Source of the DNA: Octopus sinensis
Taxonomy: Eukaryota
Length of the DNA: 64,000 nucleotides
Direction: 5' to 3'
NCBI RefSeq assembly: GCF_006345805.1
Contig: NC_042997.1
Coordinates: 22,630,001-22,694,000, forward strand
Positions 61,407 to 64,000 of the stretch are shown in pieces. Numbering within the stretch: position 1 is the stretch's first letter; each line of letters opens with the position of its first letter. The position numbers and the translations under genes were made by a program. The notes beneath the pieces were generated by a model. It saw only the letters and a program-made list of their open reading frames with translations, did not search any database and was not told the DNA's origin.

Positions 61407-61544
61407 CAATTAGGACTCACACCACTAGCCACAAAGAATAATCCCTAATTTGAGCCTACTCAAAGCTACTAAGAATGTGTGTGACAACTTGAAGATCCAC
61501 CCACCACACACAATAGACTAGCAGTTGCACGGGTGCAAAAGCTA

Positions 61545-61857
61545 TGTTGTTATCCTCATTCCGTAAATGGTGGCGTTTAGCAGGTGGAGAGCTGAACCAT
61601 CCTGGGGTACAGAGGATTCAGTCTGGACTAGGGTCTGAAAGTTTACCACACCATAGTGGGTTACACCAGGGTTCCTCTGTGAGAGAAAGTTGTGGTGAAA
61701 GAGTACAGCGGGGTTCACCACCCCTCCCCACCGGAGCCTCATGGAGCTTAGGTGTGTTTGCTCAATAAATGCTCACAATGCCCAGTTTGGGAATTGAAAC
61801 CTCGTTCTTACGACTGCAAGTTCACTGCCCTAACCACTGGGCCATTGCTCCTCCACA
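61545..61857 (-). mobile_element. tRNA-derived SINE, third family
   Basis: Minus head GGAGCAATGGCCCAGTGGTTAGGG (A box) and GGTTTCAATTCC (B box); no acceptor stem or CCA. Confidence 0.65.
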
Positions 61858-62133
61858 CATGTTGTTGTTGCTTAGTACTTGGTTCTCAAGGTTATATTAT
61901 AAAGACTAATCATCACATTTCTGTGAAATGAAACAAGGAAATATAAAGACTGTGAGAATGTTTTCTATAACTTTCTCAATGCTGTGAAAGAGTGACACTT
62001 TTTGATCTGCTGTGCTTCAATAGTTCATACCTAACAAGTCTGAAGAAGCTGCAAGATATACACCATTTTCTTATGTTTATCAGTTTTAATTAATTTAACC
62101 AATGAAACTAAAGTGTTTCTTTTCTGTTTGTAG

Positions 62134-62262
62134 TTTCTGTTAGTTATGTATTATTTGTCTAATATGACTGAAGAGCAAACACTCGTGATGTATTCTGGAC
62201 ACCCAATGGGATTGTTTCCAAGCAACAATTCAGCACCTAGAATGGTTATAACCAATGGAATG
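62134..62262 (+). CDS. UROC1: UROC1 coding exon 4 (FLLVMYYLSNMTEEQTLVMYSGHPMGLFPS...PRMVITNGM); gene continues beyond the window
   Basis: tttgtag/gtaaga, 129 nt; QTLVMYSGHP.GLFP motif. Confidence 0.96.
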
Positions 62263-63481
62263 GTAAGAAATCCACAGAGATAAATTAATTTTAAAGTTTT
62301 TTTATTATTTTAAACTGAGGAACCTGAGGTTCAATAAGATGCCATTTATATGTTTGCCTCATTGCTACAATTTAGAGTTGTACCAATCTCTTGATAAAAG
62401 TTCAATTCCTTCTCTTCAATGAAAATTTAGAACAGATGAATGAATAACTAACGAAGCAATTATAGGTAATAAGATTTGAAAAAAATTAAGGCAGCATGCA
62501 CTTGATCCACGAAGCTTCACTTAATAATACACATTATGTTTCATTTCTTTCTATATTCAGAACATCACTGAAAGCTTCTACATTCAGAAGCTATCATATG
62601 TGCCCCTGCACACAATCTATCCCCCAACCAAACTTCCCCACAACCCATCTTCCCAACACCCCCTCCTTCCCACCCTTGCTCACCAAATGCTGCACTTCTC
62701 CTCACTTACTTTCCCTCACACAAGATTCCACACAAGATTCCCCCATTGAATCTCTTCTCCAAAGCATATTTCCTCCTCTCTTCCCACTCCCCACCCCGCC
62801 TGAGGTAGCAATGTTTCCTGTCTAGTGCAAGACTCCCTTTTCTGTCTCTCAATACTACCCAACCACCCTCAATTGAGGGGTTAGTCATACAAGTTACTTG
62901 GTGACTTCACTGCTGCTGGTGCCACGTAAAAGCACTCACTACACTCTATAAAGTGTTTGGTATTAAGGGCAACCAACCATAGAAACCATACCAAAGCAAT
63001 CAGCAGGGATTGTGAAGTCTTCTGACTTTTCAGTTCCTGTTGGACCATCCAACCTATGCCTGGATGTTAAATGATGATGGTGTACTAATTCTCTTCCTAT
63101 TTCTTTTGCATATTTATTTCCATAAGAAGGTTCTATATCTTTCTCGATTTTTCTTAACTTCCAAATAATCCAACATCCATTACTTCTCTCAAACTGTATA
63201 ATTAGACCATTTGAGGCATTTAATAACAGACCATCGTAAGTGCCACAACTTAAAAACCGAGAAAAATGCAGTTAAAGTTTCGCAACTTTCAGAATGTGAT
63301 ATCTCTACAAGGAATGAAGTTAGGAAGCTGGTTTTAGTCTTAAAATGACTGTGAAGACTTCCTCTAATCATCCCATCTTTGTATAATTATTTATTTATGT
63401 ATGCAGCTGAAACAATGATTGTGTCTTTCTCATTTTGCAGTTCTATATTTAAGAGATGAGGAATTATGTGCATTATTTACA

Positions 63482-63597
63482 TTATTTACATTTGACGGAT
63501 ATTTGTCCTCGTCTTGTTTGTTGTTAACACAACGTTTTGACTGAAATACTCTCCAGCCTTCATCATATGAGGACAAATACCCGTCAAATGTAAATAA
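63482..63597. mobile_element. Short fold-back remnant of a Penelope-like terminal repeat
   Basis: 29-bp inverted arms 63482-63510 and 63569-63597 (1 mismatch) around a degenerate hammerhead-like motif on the minus strand. Confidence 0.6.
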
Positions 63598-64000
63598 ATC
63601 TTTCTCATTTTGTAGAATATACCACTACTATGAAACGGTGTTTCATAGTACTGGTAAATTTGAGCCATAATACCTAGAAAAACCATACAGAAACCCCCAC
63701 CCAAAGGTATTGTTTGTTTGTTAATATATCAAGGTATCTTTAAGAGATAAGTATGACAAGATAGTAAGATAATAGCCTATTATCATTACGATGGTAACAA
63801 GAAATATTAGAAAATGAGCCATAACACCTTGAAAAACGATACAGGGACCACACCAAAATTATTGATTGAGTGCCTGTACTTACGATGGTGTGTTACTAAG
63901 CTCTCTGGTCTGAGTTTGGGTGAGCAAGCACCTTGTCAATAGCATCGAGATACAATTTTTTTCAGCCAGATTTTCAACCTTATTGCAAGCCTCATTGGTT

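Noticed and set aside
60234-61448. 404-aa poly-S/L/F ORF and antisense poly-K/R/E ORFs
   Set aside because: Translation artefacts of the (CTT)n tract inside a UROC1 intron; no splice or start context.
54653-62262. Urocanase as a horizontally acquired bacterial hutU
   Set aside because: Spliceosomal introns and the long animal-type N-terminal extension indicate an ordinary metazoan UROC1.
63421-63620. Acceptor-like TTTCTCATTTTG(C/T)AG sites as UROC1 coding exon 5
   Set aside because: The following sequence does not encode the expected VIPNYS-like peptide and hits stops; the next exon lies outside the window.

Overview
Eukaryotic, AT-rich, repeat-dense genomic DNA. The SINE/LINE repertoire looks like a coleoid cephalopod, most likely Octopus; this is inferred from repeat-family recognition, not from a search. 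Two intron-rich host genes lie on the + strand. EXOC5/Sec10 is complete, with 19 coding exons that I reconstructed by hand (4114-38575). Its summed CDS is 2141 nt, one base short of a multiple of 3, because of an apparent phase break at exon 9. UROC1 (urocanate hydratase) contributes its first four coding exons (54653-62262) and runs off the window. Nearly everything else is mobile DNA: a CR1-clade LINE with an intact RT ORF, and a near-intact RTE LINE with one nonsense codon and a C4HC3 PHD finger inserted in its RT, itself nested inside an R4/Dong-like element. There are also CRE-like and Penelope GIY-YIG remnants, a deleted mariner, two non-autonomous Helitrons, MITEs, many tRNA-SINEs and RTE 3' tails, two 5S rRNA pseudogenes and long microsatellites. 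I found no CRISPR array or prokaryote-type system. The best leads are the PHD-bearing RTE, an ~820-bp element with 127-bp perfect terminal direct repeats, a 5S-head/RTE-tail chimera and the EXOC5 exon-9 frame problem. Homology statements come from remembered protein and repeat motifs and need database confirmation.
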